Below are positions 61,993-64,000 of a DNA stretch of 64,000 bases, piece after piece; the first letter of the stretch is position 1; every line of letters starts with the position of its first letter. The DNA comes from Euprymna scolopes (Eukaryota). The stretch lies in NCBI GenBank assembly GCA_053919585.1, contig CM132788.1; one strand, written 5' to 3'. The position numbers and the translations under genes are program-made. The notes beneath the pieces were generated by a model. That model made no database searches. It saw only the letters and a program-made list of their open reading frames with translations, and had not been told where the DNA came from.

Positions 61993-64000
61993 TGGTGGTG
62001 CTCGTTATTTTATAATAGTATCTGACCTGACAGAATGGTTAATTTCCAGAATGGAAATTCCAGCAAAATTGTTGGTATAAAACTTCCAAAAAATTCCAGC
62101 AAAATTGTTGTTCCAAGAAATTCTAGCAAAAGAGGCAATCAAGAAATAGAAAAATAAAACACCTTTACAAATAAATAATAGACAATGTTGTTTATCAAAT
62201 CTGTGTCAATCATGTTATATCCAAAATAAGATCATATAATGTTTTTTTATGGAAATTTATTTAGAAGTTATTTTTTTCTACTTAATAAATTCAAGTTATG
62301 CAATTCAAGAATTGTGTATTTAGTTTCATGCAGGAGAAAAGTGGCAAAATTGATATCCTCATCCGGAAGTTGATCATGTCAATGTTTCTGATCTGAAAAA
62401 AGAAGTTTTAAACAATTATTTATTATACAACAGATGTAATTTATATATAACAGATAATAACTAAATTAAATTAAATAACGAAATATTAACTGAATTAAAT
62501 TAAATAAATTAAAGTGACCTTAATAACACAAAAAGGACATTTTTACTTACATACTATAAAGTCTGCATTTCCCAGGAGCATTAAAATCAAGTTGGTAACA
62601 TGGTAACATGTATTTATTATTTATTTATCACAGGAAACTTCAACTTGATTTTAATGCTCCTGGGAAATGCAGACCTTAAACACACCTACTTTTGATCATG
62701 TTCGAACTAATTTATAGATATTTATAAATAATATAAGTATATAAATAATAGATATAGATAGTAAGGACTTTTTGGATGAACATACATAATTTTCCAGAAC
62801 ATACATGAACATACATAATATTTTGTGTGTGTGTGTGTGTTTGACATAATAGACAAGAAACGAAACTCGGTGTTGTTTCTTGTCAAACACACACACACAA
62901 TACTGAAATTTAATACTTTACAAATTTATCATTATTTTAATGTTCTCTGGAAGCATAAAGTTTCTTGTCTAGTTTGGAAAACTCATAAAACATTAAATTT
63001 TTTTTTTTTACACCACTTATCAAGGCCCAAGAGACACTCGTATAGTAATCAATGGGATAGTGTAGTAATAGTATTGGAGAATTGATAAAGTGTCATCAGG
63101 GGTGGTTCATCAGGAATTTGTTTATGTTGGACTTGAAGACATCCAGGTTGAAGTCGGGAGGGAAACAGGCAAGCGGAACAGAGTTCCACAGGCGTGCAGT
63201 TCTAAGAAAGAAGCTTTGTTCATGGAATCTACGTTTTGATTTAGGCACAGATAAGGAGTGGGGAAAATTATTGACGGAGGTTTCAGCTAGTCTGGTGTTT
63301 TTTGAAAAAGATTGGCGAGAGAGGACCAGAGACGAGCACTTGCCATGGAAATAACGATAGAACAAAGATAGGCTCGCAACGTCTCTTCTGTGGGAAAGAG
63401 GTTGCAGGGAAGAGAAGAAGGGCATCCCCCACTAAACCACAAAGTCTATTTTGTACTCTGTCAAGGCAGGATAGGCTGTTTTTAGCAGCTCCTGCCCAGC
63501 TTTTATATAGATAGAGAATTGCATCATTAGTGAGATATCTTCTGGAGCGGTAGAAGGATCCCACCATTTTCCCAGCGACCTTGGCCACAGACTGTATGTG
63601 TTCCATTTATTATAACCGAACCATAAAAAAATAAAAACCTGTTCTAGAAAATCTAGAATTAGTAATTTTAATTAATAATTTTGTCATATTTCGATTAAAC
63701 GTGATAATGTTGATATCTTATGAAAGCGATAATTATTTTATCTTATGATGATTTTTTTATTGCATCAAAATTGATAAACTATGATTTTTTTTGTTTCATT
63801 TAAAGTGGTAAATTTTTATGTCATATGATAATTTTTTATATCTCATGAAATATGAAATTACTTTATATTTCATTAAAAGTGATAATTTTGTGTATTTAAT
63901 AAAAAGTGACATTTTTATAAAATCAGTGATATCTATATATATATCTGATATTTTTTTTCTTTTTTTGTGATAATTTTTTTAGATTTAATTATAAGTGACA
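61993..64000 (+). repeat. Paralogue of 1709-2883 + 18457-19245 plus satellite pieces; empty site of element A
   Basis: Colinear identity through the minisatellite, hairpins, (CA)n site, minus-strand LINE tail and satellite. Confidence 0.92.
62998..63609 (-). mobile_element. 5'-truncated LINE tail, paralogue of 18576-19199
   Basis: ORFs 63096-63425 and 63283-63606; same truncation point and flanks, different small deletions. Confidence 0.9.

Overview
Eukaryotic (AT-rich, probably invertebrate; species not determinable) repeat-dense DNA with no recognisable host gene. It is a nested transposon landscape. (1) Two related, decayed Ty3/Gypsy LTR retroelements (A: 2884-18456; B: 24455-35544), each with a tRNA-His-type PBS, multi-knuckle gag, PR-RT-RH-IN pol and a third ORF resembling a baculovirus-F/errantivirus-type envelope. 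Each env follows a splice-acceptor motif, and each element has a short basic ORF between pol and env. (2) A CR1/L2-group LINE with an uninterrupted APE-RT ORF inserted into env of element A. (3) A solo LTR with a 4-bp TSD. (4) A 4.6-kb AT-rich satellite. (5) About 23 kb of scrambled, deletion-riddled copies of a third Gypsy family in both orientations, rich in fold-back palindromes. (6) hAT and LINE remnants. (7) A paralogous block at the window end that gives the empty site of element A. Family assignments rest on recalled motifs; no database search was run.
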